Of a stretch of 64,000 nucleotides of DNA, positions 17,033-26,436 are shown one piece after another. Source of the DNA: Gemmatimonadota bacterium (GTDB lineage Bacteria > Gemmatimonadota > Gemmatimonadetes > Gemmatimonadales > GWC2-71-9). The position numbers and the translations under genes are program-made. Numbering within the stretch: position 1 is the first letter of the stretch; the number at the start of each line of letters is the position of its first letter. The notes beneath the pieces were generated by a model that had not been told where the DNA came from, searched no databases, and worked only from the letters and a program-made list of their open reading frames with translations. The stretch is taken from the NCBI GenBank assembly GCA_003222055.1, contig QHUT01000056.1, positions 114 through 64,113 on the forward strand, written 5' to 3'.

Positions 17033-19741
17033 ATGCGCCGCTGCAAGCTGCCAAGAGCCGTTGAGCATCCGGTCCGGTCGGCGCTTCTCGCCCTCGGGCT
17101 CACGCTGGGGCTTGCCTTCGTGTCGTGCCAGGACGAACGCTCCATCACCGACGCGCGCCACGCGCCTCGGCTCGCCGCGTCCGTTCAAACGGCGACCGTC
17201 GTCATCAGTCCCACCGCCGATGCGTTTTTGGGAATCGATGCGACCAACTACGGGTCGGCTGCCACGCTCAACGTCTATACGTGGCCCGACAAGAAGATCG
17301 CCAACGCCATCGTCCTGAAGTTCGATCTTGCGAGCATCCCGGCTGGAGCGACCATTTCGAGCGCGGCGCTGAACCTGAATCTGACGAAGAGTGACGCCAC
17401 TGGGGATCCGACCTATACGGTCACCGTACACAAGATCGTCAACAAGAACCCGGACCTGACGAGAGCGACCGGCTATACCTACAACGGCGCGAATGCCTGG
17501 ACGCCGAATACCTGTTGTTATAACAACATTCCGTTGGCCCAAGCGGACATCGGTGCCCCCGTGGACACCAAGGCCGTCGACAAGACACCCGGATTCAAGC
17601 AGTGGGACGTGACCTCGCTGGTGCAGGGATGGTTGAGCACCCCATCCACCAATTTCGGCCTGTTGGTGAATTCCGATCCGTCGAAGCTGCGGGATCGCTA
17701 TCGCACCTTCAGCAGCAGTGAGGATCCGGTCGCGGGCAATCGACCCTATCTGACGGTCGTCTATGCCGCCCCCGCGCCCGCTCCGACACCCAGTGAACAC
17801 TCGGCGGTGCTCTCCCCGACGGGCGACACGTACCTGGGTATCGACGCGAATAACTACGCGACCGGTACGACGCTCAACGTCTACACCTGGCCGAACGACA
17901 CGATTGCCAACGCGATCGTGATGAAGTTCGATGTGGGGGGCATTCCCACGGGATCCACGATCTCGAGCGCGACGTTACGCCTCAATCTCGTGGAGAGCGA
18001 TGCCACCGCGGATCCGACATATACGGTCACGGCGCACAAGATCCTCAACCGGAACGTGGATCCTGCGAGGGCGACGGGCTACACCTACGACGGCGTCAAT
18101 GGTTGGACCGCGAATACGTGCTGTCGCAATCACATTCCGCTGGCGCAGGCGGACATCAGCGCTCCCGTGGACACGAAGAGCATCGACAAGACGCCGGGAT
18201 TCAAAGCCTGGGATGTGACGTCCGTGGTGCAGGGGTGGCTCACCACACCCTCCACGAATTTCGGGCTGCTGCTGAATTCCGATCCGTCCAGGCTGCGGGA
18301 TCGGTACCGCTTTTTCTCGAGCAAAGAAGATCCGGTGGTCGACCATCGGCCCTCTCTGACGGTCGTCTACACGGCGCCGGCGGACTCGACCCCGCCGGGC
18401 CAGACCCCGCCTCCGGAAGCGCAGCTCGGCCAATGGTCGGCGGTGTTTCCGGCGCCCATTGTGCAGCTCCACGTGCACCTGCTGCCGGACGGCACGGTGC
18501 TGAGCTGGGGCTTGATCGGCGATCCCCAGGTGTGGGACCCGACGACCGGCACGTTCACGGCGGTCCCGAGTCCTTCGCTGCTGTTCTGCGCCGGTCACAA
18601 CTTCCTCGCCGACGGGCGGCTGCTCGTCGCCGGCGGGCAAATCCGGGGCGACTCCGGGCTGCCGAACACGAACCTGTTCGATGCCGCGACCCGCTCATGG
18701 CAGGTCGCGCCCCTCATGGCGAGAGGACGCTGGTATCCGACCAACACGACGCTGCCGGACGGCGAGATGCTCACGGTCGCCGGCACGGACCAGAACGGGG
18801 CCGTCGTCCCCCTCCCCGAGATCTGGGACGGGACGGGCTGGCGCCAGCTCACGACGGCGAGCCTCGAGCTGGAGTACTATCCGCGGGACTTCGTGGCGCC
18901 GGACGGCCGCGTGTTCTATGCCGGTGAGGAGCAACCCTCGCGCTGGCTCGACGTCACGGGCACGGGCCGCTGGAGCGACGGGCCGCCTCGCAAGCAACCC
19001 GGGTGGCGCAGCTACGGGTCGGCCGTCATGTACGAGCCGGGGAAGATCCTGTACGCTGGCGGTGGGTACAACCCGCCGACGAACACCGCCGAGGTCATCG
19101 ATCTGAATGAAGCGAATCCGACATGGAGGTACACCGGCTCGATGGCGTACGCCCGCCTGCAAATGAACGCCACGATCTTACCGACGGGCGATGTGCTGGT
19201 GACGGGCGGCACCAGTGCCTCCGGATTCAACAATCGCGCGGGCGCGGTGCACGCCGCGGAGCTGTGGAGTCCCGCCACCGGGACCTGGACCACCCTCGCG
19301 AGCAACGCAGTGACCCGGACGTATCACTCGACGTCGCTGCTGCTGCCGGACGGGCGCGTGCTCCACACGGGGTCGGGAGACGGCAACAATGCGCCGCGCG
19401 AGCTGAGCTACGAGCTGTTCTCGCCCCCCTATCTCTTCCACGGTGCGCGCCCGGCGCTCACCGGCCTTACCCCCACGGTGGTCGGATACGGCCAGACCCT
19501 GCAGCTGGACACGCCGGACGGGGCGAGCATCAGGAAGGTCACGTTCATTCGCACCGGCTCGGTGACGCACGCGTTCGATCAGGCCGGGCGTCTCGTGCCC
19601 CTGGCGTTCGCTCCGGTGAGCAGCGGCATCTCGGTCACGCTCCCCGCGAGCCGCACGACCGCCCCGCCGGGTCCTTACATGCTCTTCCTGGTGAACGCGA
19701 ACGGCGTGCCGTCGGTGGGGCGGATCATGCGGCTCGAGTAA
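17033..19741 (+). CDS. Lipoprotein copper-radical oxidase (galactose/glyoxal oxidase-like, DUF1929 C-terminus) with two N-terminal DNRLRE-like domains
   Basis: Track ORF 16958..19741. ATG 17033 gives a lipobox signal (LGLAFVSC). Two ~190-aa tandem repeats lie at nt 17198..17767 and 17804..18373. Oxidase ligand motifs are LFCAGHNF, RWYPT, RTYHSTSLLLPDGRV and VTHAFDQ. C-terminal PPGPYMLFLVNANGVPS. Confidence 0.85.
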   Translation: MRRCKLPRAVEHPVRSALLALGLTLGLAFVSCQDERSITDARHAPRLAASVQTATVVISPTADAFLGIDATNYGSAATLNVYTWPDKKIANAIVLKFDLASIPAGATISSAALNLNLTKSDATGDPTYTVTVHKIVNKNPDLTRATGYTYNGANAWTPNTCCYNNIPLAQADIGAPVDTKAVDKTPGFKQWDVTSLVQGWLSTPSTNFGLLVNSDPSKLRDRYRTFSSSEDPVAGNRPYLTVVYAAPAPAPTPSEHSAVLSPTGDTYLGIDANNYATGTTLNVYTWPNDTIANAIVMKFDVGGIPTGSTISSATLRLNLVESDATADPTYTVTAHKILNRNVDPARATGYTYDGVNGWTANTCCRNHIPLAQADISAPVDTKSIDKTPGFKAWDVTSVVQGWLTTPSTNFGLLLNSDPSRLRDRYRFFSSKEDPVVDHRPSLTVVYTAPADSTPPGQTPPPEAQLGQWSAVFPAPIVQLHVHLLPDGTVLSWGLIGDPQVWDPTTGTFTAVPSPSLLFCAGHNFLADGRLLVAGGQIRGDSGLPNTNLFDAATRSWQVAPLMARGRWYPTNTTLPDGEMLTVAGTDQNGAVVPLPEIWDGTGWRQLTTASLELEYYPRDFVAPDGRVFYAGEEQPSRWLDVTGTGRWSDGPPRKQPGWRSYGSAVMYEPGKILYAGGGYNPPTNTAEVIDLNEANPTWRYTGSMAYARLQMNATILPTGDVLVTGGTSASGFNNRAGAVHAAELWSPATGTWTTLASNAVTRTYHSTSLLLPDGRVLHTGSGDGNNAPRELSYELFSPPYLFHGARPALTGLTPTVVGYGQTLQLDTPDGASIRKVTFIRTGSVTHAFDQAGRLVPLAFAPVSSGISVTLPASRTTAPPGPYMLFLVNANGVPSVGRIMRLE

Positions 19742-19743
19742 CG

Positions 19744-20415
19744 CTACTGCTCGAGCGCGATCAGCCTCGCGGCCACCGCCTCGAGATCGGGTCCCACCAC
19801 GTCGGGGCGCGGGGCCAGCGGATCGAGCACTTTCCCCGGCCGGCTTACGAACGCCGCCGCGCACCCCGCCCGCAGGGCGCCCGTGACGTCCCACGCGTGC
19901 GCCGCCACGAGCCGCATTCCGCCGACCGCCACGCCCAGGCTCGCGGCTGCCATGCGATACACTTCCGGAGCCGGCTTCAGGCGCCGCACCCGCTCCACGG
20001 AGAGGACCTGCTCGAAGTAGCCGCGCAATCCGGCGTGACCGAGCTGCGCTTCCGCCGCCTCCGCGTTGGAGTTCGTCAGTGTGGCGAGCCGGAAGCCCGC
20101 GTCCCGCAGCAGGTTCAGCGCGGGCCGCACATCGGGATGCGGCGGCAGCGTACGCATGCCGCGCAGGATCTCGGAGCGGTCGTCGGCCGCGAGAGCGACG
20201 CCGTGGCGCGTGGCCACCATCGTGAGCGCGGCGTCGCCCACGACGGCGAAGTCGAAGTAGACGTTCGTCGCCGTCGCGACGATCGCCAGCTCGATCACCT
20301 GCGTGAACCACTCGCCGCGCACGCCGCCGGCGCCGAACACGCGCCGAAAATGGAGGTCGAGCGCCCCCAGATCGAGCAGCGTCTCGTTCACGTCGAACAC
20401 GATGACTCGGGGCAT
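19744..20415 (-). CDS. HAD-superfamily hydrolase (haloacid dehalogenase type II-like)
   Basis: 223 aa. VIVFDVNETLLDL motif I, LATLTNS, KPAPEVY. Confidence 0.8.
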   Translation of the reverse strand: MPRVIVFDVNETLLDLGALDLHFRRVFGAGGVRGEWFTQVIELAIVATATNVYFDFAVVGDAALTMVATRHGVALAADDRSEILRGMRTLPPHPDVRPALNLLRDAGFRLATLTNSNAEAAEAQLGHAGLRGYFEQVLSVERVRRLKPAPEVYRMAAASLGVAVGGMRLVAAHAWDVTGALRAGCAAAFVSRPGKVLDPLAPRPDVVGPDLEAVAARLIALEQ

Positions 20416-20436
20416 GGCGGTGCCGGTGGCGTTGTG

Positions 20437-22362
20437 TCAGCGCGACGGGTACCCCACGGTCGCGAGGACCCCGGTGATCTCGTCGAGACTCGCGGGATCG
20501 TCGATAGTGGGCGGGACGCGGTATTCCCTGCCATCCGCGATCTTCTTGATGGTGCCGCGCAGGATCTTGCCGGAGCGGGTCTTGGGAAGGCGCTGCACGA
20601 CGACCACCGTCCGGAACGCGGCGACCGGGCCGATCCGCTCGCGCACCATGCCCACGAGGTCGTCGCCGATGGCGGCGGGGGAGCGCCGCACGCCCGCCTT
20701 GAGGACGACGAGGCCCAGCGGGATCTCGCCCTTGATCGCGTCGGCCACGCCCACGACGGCGCACTCGGCGACGTCGGGATGGGAGGCGAGCACCTCCTCC
20801 ATCGCCCCGGTGGACAGCCGGTGGCCGGCTACGTTGATGATGTCGTCGGTGCGACCCATCACCCACAAGTAGCCGTCCGCATCTTTGTAGCCGGCGTCGG
20901 CCGTGAGATAATAGCCTGGGTACCGGCTCAGGTACGACCGCACGTAGCCCTCGTCGTTGCTCCACAGCGTGGGCAGGCAGCCGGGAGGCAGGGGCAGTCG
21001 GATCACGATGTTCCCCGTGTGGCCGGCGGGCAGTTCCTGCCCGTCCTCACCGAGCACCCGCACGTCGTAGCCCGCGACGGCCTTGGCGCACGAGCCCGGC
21101 TTCACGGGCAGCATCCCCAGCCCCACGCAGTTCACGCCGATGGGCCAGCCGGTCTCCGTCTGCCACCAATGGTCGACGACCGGCACCCCGAGCTGCTGCT
21201 CCGCCCAGTGCAGCGTGTCCGGGTCGCAGCGCTCGCCGGCGAGGAAGAACGTGCGGAACGCGCTCAGGTCGTAGCGCCGGACGTGCTCCCCGGTGGGATC
21301 GTCGCGCTTGATGGCGCGGATCGCCGTGGGCGCCGTGAAGAACACGCTCACCCCGTGCTGCGAGATCACGCGCCAGAACGCGCCCGGATCGGGCGTGCCG
21401 ACGGGCTTGCCCTCGTACAGGACCGTGGTGTTCCCATTGAACAGCGGACCGTAGACGATGTACGAATGCCCCACGGCCCAGCCGAGGTCCGATGCGGCCC
21501 AGTAGACCTCCCCGGGCTCGACCCCATAGATGTGCGTCATGCTCCACTTGAGCGCCACCAAATGGCCGCCGTTGTCTCGCACCACTCCTTTGGGCATGCC
21601 CGTCGTGCCGGACGTATAGAGGATGTACAGCGGATCGGTCGCGGCCACCGGCACACATGCCGCGGGCTGTGCGGCGGCGGTGAGCTCGGCCCAGTCCAGG
21701 TCGCGCCCCGGCGTCAGGGGCGCCTGCTCCTGCGGCCGCTGCAGGATGATGCAGCGGCGCGGCTTCACCTCGGCGAGCTCGATCGCCTTGTCCAGCAGCG
21801 GCTTGTACGGCACGACGCGGTTCACCTCGATGCCGCACGAGGCGGAGACGATGACTTCGGGCCGGGCGTGGCTGATCCGGGCCGCGAGCTCGTGCGACGC
21901 GAAGCCCCCGAACACGACCGAATGGATCGCTCCGATCCGCGCGCACGCCAGCATCGCGATGGCCGCCTCGGGGACCATCGGCATGTAGATGATCACGCGG
22001 TCGCCCTTGCCGACGCCCTCACCGGCGAGTGCGCCGGCGAAACGGGCGACCTCCTCCTGCAGCTCCCGATACGTGAACCTCCGGACCGTGCCCGTGACCG
22101 GACTGTCGTAAATGAGCGCCGGCTGGTCGGCGCGGCCGTGCTCCACGTGCCAGTCGAGCGCGTTGTAGCAGGTGTTGACCTCCGCGCCCGGGAACCAGCG
22201 GTAGAACGGGGGGCGCGACCCGTCGAGCACGCGGTCCCATCGCTTGTACCAGTGGATCGCCTCGCCGGCTTCGGCCCAAAACCCTTCCGGGTCTTTGACC
22301 CACTGGGCGTAGACGTCGTCCTGGATGCTCTGCGTGGCGTGGATGCCGGGCGTGGTGTGCAT
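20437..22362 (-). CDS. prpE: Propionate--CoA ligase / acyl-CoA synthetase (AMP-forming)
   Basis: Track ORF 20437..22458. Start set at ATG 22362 (MHTTPGIH). WVKDPEGFWAEAGEAIHWYKRW, AMP-binding motif YTSGTTGMPKGV, C-terminal PKTRSGKILR. Confidence 0.88.
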   Translation of the reverse strand: MHTTPGIHATQSIQDDVYAQWVKDPEGFWAEAGEAIHWYKRWDRVLDGSRPPFYRWFPGAEVNTCYNALDWHVEHGRADQPALIYDSPVTGTVRRFTYRELQEEVARFAGALAGEGVGKGDRVIIYMPMVPEAAIAMLACARIGAIHSVVFGGFASHELAARISHARPEVIVSASCGIEVNRVVPYKPLLDKAIELAEVKPRRCIILQRPQEQAPLTPGRDLDWAELTAAAQPAACVPVAATDPLYILYTSGTTGMPKGVVRDNGGHLVALKWSMTHIYGVEPGEVYWAASDLGWAVGHSYIVYGPLFNGNTTVLYEGKPVGTPDPGAFWRVISQHGVSVFFTAPTAIRAIKRDDPTGEHVRRYDLSAFRTFFLAGERCDPDTLHWAEQQLGVPVVDHWWQTETGWPIGVNCVGLGMLPVKPGSCAKAVAGYDVRVLGEDGQELPAGHTGNIVIRLPLPPGCLPTLWSNDEGYVRSYLSRYPGYYLTADAGYKDADGYLWVMGRTDDIINVAGHRLSTGAMEEVLASHPDVAECAVVGVADAIKGEIPLGLVVLKAGVRRSPAAIGDDLVGMVRERIGPVAAFRTVVVVQRLPKTRSGKILRGTIKKIADGREYRVPPTIDDPASLDEITGVLATVGYPSR

Positions 22363-22524
22363 GGGTTCCCCCGAGGGCGGGATGCCTGACGAGCGGTGTG
22401 ACGTCGAAATTGCGCGCCGTGCGTCAGCGCGGCAACACGCGTGCCGCGGCCCCCGCAAGGCCGGTTGCAGGGCGGCGTCCGGCGGGCATCTTTCCCCGCC
22501 AGGGCGTCAACCGGGGAGGCACGT

Positions 22525-23334
22525 ATGGCGCACAACGGGAAGCACGCGCTCGTTACGGGAAGCTCGCGCGGTATCGGGCGGGGCATCGCGCTCAAGCTGG
22601 CCGAGCAGGGCGTGAAGGTCGCGATTCACTACCGCAGCAACGAGACGGCCGCGAAAGACACGCTCGCCAAGGTGCGGCAGCGCGGCTCCGACGGCTTCAC
22701 CGTTCAGGCCGACGTGTGCCGCCCCGACGACATCACCCGGATGTTCGCGCGCCTGAAGAGCGAGTTCGGGGCGCTCGACGTCTTCGTCAGCAACGCGCGG
22801 CCCGAGGTGCCGGAGTTCTACAGCGGGCCCATGGACATCACGCTGGAGCAATGGGACACGGCCCTGGATTCGCAGGCCAAGGCCTTCCTGGTGGCGGTGC
22901 GCGCGGCGTGCCCGCTCATGGGCGAGGGCGGGCGAATCGTCGCGATCACCTACGCTCCGGGTGGGCGTACCGGCAGCTGGCAGGCCTGGGTGGGCATGGG
23001 CGCGGCCAAGAGCGCCATGGAATCGCTGTGTCGCTATTTCGCCGTCGCGCTCGCGAAACGCGGCATCACCGTGAACGCCGTCAGCCCGGGGTGGATCGAC
23101 GATAGCGTGCTCAACTCGCTGCCCGATGTCGTGCAGGACATGGTTCGCACGTGGCATGAGGGAGACAAGGGATGGACGCCGATGGGCCGGCTCGGCACGC
23201 CGGCGGACATCGGCAACGCGGTGGCGCTGCTCTGCTCGGCTGACGCCGGGTGGATCACAGGTCAGACGATCGCGGTCGACGGCGGACTCTCGTTGATGGA
23301 CCCTGGGCTGCCGCTCGAGATCCAGCGGGGCTAA
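22525..23334 (+). CDS. SDR-family oxidoreductase, FabL-like enoyl-ACP reductase
   Basis: Track ORF 22441..23334. ATG 22525 gives MAHNGKHALVTGSSRGIGRGIALKLA (TGxxxGIG). It aligns along its length with my recollection of B. subtilis FabL. C-terminal ITGQTIAVDGG. Confidence 0.85.
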   Translation: MAHNGKHALVTGSSRGIGRGIALKLAEQGVKVAIHYRSNETAAKDTLAKVRQRGSDGFTVQADVCRPDDITRMFARLKSEFGALDVFVSNARPEVPEFYSGPMDITLEQWDTALDSQAKAFLVAVRAACPLMGEGGRIVAITYAPGGRTGSWQAWVGMGAAKSAMESLCRYFAVALAKRGITVNAVSPGWIDDSVLNSLPDVVQDMVRTWHEGDKGWTPMGRLGTPADIGNAVALLCSADAGWITGQTIAVDGGLSLMDPGLPLEIQRG

Positions 23335-24428
23335 CGGGCCGCAGGCACGACGTCGTTGACGATCACGCCGAGCGCCGTGGCCGCGAGCGCCTGCGGCGTC
23401 ACCTGCGACAGGTTGCTCCAGTCGGTGGTCGCGACGACGACCAGATCGCGGCTCGGCACGACATACACGAACTGGCCGCCGTACCCCCAGGCGTAGAACG
23501 CTGCGGGCGCGGCGTCGGACACCCACCAGAGCATACCGTAGGTGATGTGCGACAGCGGACCGAAGGTCCTGCGCCACGCGAACTGCGGCCGCGTCGCTTG
23601 GTCGACCCAGCCTTCGGGCACGACGCTCCGGTTCCCCGACCAACCGCGTTGCAGGAACAGCTGGCCGACCTTGAGCAGGTCGCGCCCCCGCAGGGCGATT
23701 CCGGCGCCGCCGTTCACGGTGCCGCGGTCGAGCGCTTCCCACACCACGGTATCGACGCCGAGCGCCGAGAACAGGGGGGCGGCGTATTGGGGCAATGGCA
23801 TCGCGGCGGCGTCTTGGAGCACGACGCCGAGCGTGTGCACCGCCGCCGAGTTGTACGTGAACGTGACGCCGGGAGCGGTCGCGTGGGGACGGTCGAGCAG
23901 GTATTGCACGTGGTTCTCGGCCGAGATCCAGAGATTGTAGTCGTCCCCGGTCTCCTCGTTCCACTGGTATCCGGAGGTCATGGTGAGGAGGTCGTGCACC
24001 GTGACGCTGCTGTCGGCCGAGTCCAGGGTGTCGGGCGGCGCCAGGTAGGGCGCGATCGACGCCGCCACGCCGGGCAGCACTCCGTCGCGCAGGGCGATGC
24101 CGGTGAGGGCGCCGACGATGCTCTTCGTCACCGACCGCACGTCGAAGCGCGTGGTCGAATCCGCCCCGCCGAAGTAATACTCCGCCACGAGGCGTCCATG
24201 GCGCGCCGCGAGCAGGCTTCTGAAGAGGGCGATAGCGGCCGCGTCGCTTGCCGCGGCGCGCAGGTCGACCGCGCTCATCCCCATCTCGGCGGGGCTGGCG
24301 CGCATCCAGGGTCGCGACAGATCGACTCGGACGGGAGCCGCGGGGGCCGTCGGGGTCTCGCCGCAGGCCGCCGCAAGAATCAGCGCCGCGAGTCCTACGC
24401 TAGTGGAGCGTGTGCGCACCGGGTCCAC
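23331..24428 (-). CDS. Serine hydrolase, beta-lactamase family lipoprotein
   Basis: 365 aa. Lipobox LAAACG, SxxK motif (SVTKS). The start region overlaps the upstream gene by ~20-29 nt, so the start is uncertain. Confidence 0.8.
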   Translation of the reverse strand: MDPVRTRSTSVGLAALILAAACGETPTAPAAPVRVDLSRPWMRASPAEMGMSAVDLRAAASDAAAIALFRSLLAARHGRLVAEYYFGGADSTTRFDVRSVTKSIVGALTGIALRDGVLPGVAASIAPYLAPPDTLDSADSSVTVHDLLTMTSGYQWNEETGDDYNLWISAENHVQYLLDRPHATAPGVTFTYNSAAVHTLGVVLQDAAAMPLPQYAAPLFSALGVDTVVWEALDRGTVNGGAGIALRGRDLLKVGQLFLQRGWSGNRSVVPEGWVDQATRPQFAWRRTFGPLSHITYGMLWWVSDAAPAAFYAWGYGGQFVYVVPSRDLVVVATTDWSNLSQVTPQALAATALGVIVNDVVPAAR

Positions 24429-24831
24429 CCGCGGTTTGCGCCGGCAGCTGGCTCACCGTCAATGGGACGGCGGCTCTCCCCTGGCCGTCGATCGTGATTT
24501 CGAAGCGGTACGCGCCGGCGTGCGGGAAGGGCACGTCGAACACGAGGATCGCGCCCGCTTCGATATCGGTCACGCCAGCGGGCGGCTCCGCGAAGCTCAC
24601 GCTGCCGGTCCCGCCGAGGATCTCGGTCCCCTGCTCGTCCACCAGCCGGATCTGGACGTGGTGCTCGCCGACTTCGGTGCGCTTACCCTTGAGCCGCAGC
24701 ACCAGGTGCAGTCGCGGGTGCATCGCCGGGAACTGCTGTACCCAGATGTGCTGGAAGATGCCCAACACCGACAGCTTGCCGGCTTGATCCACGATCGCGT
24801 AGTCCGCGACGACGGCGAAGTCGAGATGCAT
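24400..24831 (-). CDS. Conserved hypothetical protein (beta-rich, no signal peptide)
   Basis: 143 aa, MHLDFAVVADYAIVDQAGKLSVLGIF. Good third-position G/C bias. 4-nt gap to the upstream gene. Confidence 0.65.
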   Translation of the reverse strand: MHLDFAVVADYAIVDQAGKLSVLGIFQHIWVQQFPAMHPRLHLVLRLKGKRTEVGEHHVQIRLVDEQGTEILGGTGSVSFAEPPAGVTDIEAGAILVFDVPFPHAGAYRFEITIDGQGRAAVPLTVSQLPAQTAGGPGAHTLH

Positions 24832-24835
24832 GAGC

Positions 24836-25969
24836 TCACTTTCTGGAAAGCGGCACGGTTGCTCGCGTCCGCTCCCATTCCAGCTTCAGCACGCCGCCCT
24901 TGCCGCGCGGCTCGATCGCGATGGTGAACTGCTCCACCGGCTGCGATAGCCGCTCCACGCCCATGTCGACCCGGGCGAGGTCGTACTGGGCGTTGTAGTC
25001 GGTGCCCCACTGACCGGTGTTCTTGTTGACGATGAGCTTCCAGCCGCCGGGGGAGGGGAGCGTCCACAGGGAGTACTTGCCCGCGGGCACGGGCGTGCCG
25101 GCGATCACGAGGTCGGCGCTGGTCTCGAAGATCGTGGCCTGGTTCGCGCCCGTGCGCCACACCTGGTTCCAGGGAACCACGTTCCCGAAGATCGCCCGGC
25201 CGCGCGTCGACGGCCGGCTGTAGCGCACTGCGAGCGCGGCGCCCGCGACGTTCGCCTTGACCGAGTCGGGCGGCGACAGGACCCCGAGCGAGCGTGGCGC
25301 GAACGCTTTCCCGAGCGCGGCGAAGTCGAGCCCCTGGGTGCGCTCGACCGTAACCTGCATGGTGCTGCCGATTCCGGTGAGGCCGAGCAGCGTGCCCTGG
25401 GCGTCCACGCGCGCCCGCAGGGGCCCGATCGCGCCGAGGACGATCGTGAGCGAATCGGGTCCCCGGGCCGTGACCGTCACCTCCAGGGGCTCGGTGTCGC
25501 CCAGCGGCAACATGGTCGTGGTGTAGGGGGCGACGCCCGCGGCCCGCGCCCGGCGCGCCACTTCCTCGATGAGCCCGAATCCCTGGCCGATGAACGGCAC
25601 GGCGCCCGGACCGGCTTTCACGCGCAGCGTGACCATCGAGTCGCGGCGCGGCACGGTCACCACGGCGGAGTCGCCCGTGAACTCGGCCGAGGCCCTGGTC
25701 TCCGCCGGGCCGGACCCACCCGACACGTTGTGGGTGACGAGTTCGAACCGGGCGATGGCGCCGCCCGATCCGAAGGTCGCGCTGTAGAGGCGGTGCACGG
25801 TGCGCGGGCTGCGTACCACCTGCTCGCCCTGCAGCCGGTCGGCGGTGCGGGTGTACTGCTCGATCGCGAGCGTGTCGTTCCCGAGCCGCACGACGAACTG
25901 GCCGGTCTGAGCGGGGAGCACGGCGGGGATCGCGAAGGAGAGCGTGGCGAGTGCGACGCTGGTGCGCAT
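24836..25969 (-). CDS. Secreted protein with C-terminal DUF2911 domain
   Basis: Track ORF 24836..26203. ATG 25969 gives the signal MRTSVALATLSFAIPAVLPAQ. C-terminal WRTGANQATIFETS...PAGKYSLWTLP...NKNTGQWG. Confidence 0.8.
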   Translation of the reverse strand: MRTSVALATLSFAIPAVLPAQTGQFVVRLGNDTLAIEQYTRTADRLQGEQVVRSPRTVHRLYSATFGSGGAIARFELVTHNVSGGSGPAETRASAEFTGDSAVVTVPRRDSMVTLRVKAGPGAVPFIGQGFGLIEEVARRARAAGVAPYTTTMLPLGDTEPLEVTVTARGPDSLTIVLGAIGPLRARVDAQGTLLGLTGIGSTMQVTVERTQGLDFAALGKAFAPRSLGVLSPPDSVKANVAGAALAVRYSRPSTRGRAIFGNVVPWNQVWRTGANQATIFETSADLVIAGTPVPAGKYSLWTLPSPGGWKLIVNKNTGQWGTDYNAQYDLARVDMGVERLSQPVEQFTIAIEPRGKGGVLKLEWERTRATVPLSRK

Positions 25970-25986
25970 TGGCTGGCTCCGTTCGA

Positions 25987-26436
25987 CTACATGACGCGAA
26001 TCGACTTGACTTCGTCGTTCTGGACGATCTTGTTCACGACGTCCTGTCCCTTGCTTACCTGTCCGAACACGGTGTGGACTCCGTCGAGGTGCGGCTGCGG
26101 CGAGTGACAGATGAAAAACTGGCTGCCCCCCGTGTCCTTTCCGGCGTGCGCCATGGAGAGCGTTCCCGCCACGTGCTTGTGAGTGTTCTTCTCTGTCTCG
26201 CACTTGATCGTGTAGCCCGGCCCGCCGGTGCCGACGCGTCCCTTGCCGGATTTGGAGTAGGGATCACCGCCCTGGATCATGAAGTTGGGGATCACGCGAT
26301 GAAATCTGGTTCCGTCGTAGAAGCCCGCGTTGGCGAGCTTCTCGAAGTTGGCGACCGTGCCAGGCACCTCGTCGGCGAACAGGTCCACGTCGATGCGGCC
26401 CCTGGCGGTCTCGAATACGGCCTTCTTGTTCGGCAT
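25987..26436 (-). CDS. Peptidyl-prolyl cis-trans isomerase, cyclophilin type
   Basis: 149 aa from [25 protein letters not shown] and GSQFFI. The ATG shares a base with the upstream stop (TGATG). Confidence 0.93.
   Translation of the reverse strand: MPNKKAVFETARGRIDVDLFADEVPGTVANFEKLANAGFYDGTRFHRVIPNFMIQGGDPYSKSGKGRVGTGGPGYTIKCETEKNTHKHVAGTLSMAHAGKDTGGSQFFICHSPQPHLDGVHTVFGQVSKGQDVVNKIVQNDEVKSIRVM

Noticed and set aside
19735-19760. CTCGAG-containing inverted repeat (GCTCGAGTAACGCTACTGCTCGAGC) spanning the two convergent stop codons at 19741 and 19744, considered as a bidirectional terminator.
   Set aside because: The stem is only about 7 bp, is partly self-palindromic XhoI sites, and has no U-tracts. 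This is too weak to call.
19123-22389. 1088-aa plus-strand ORF, and 19178..20965 (-, 595 aa).
   Set aside because: They are antisense or out-of-frame to the propionyl-CoA synthetase, HAD and oxidase genes, and their composition is low complexity.
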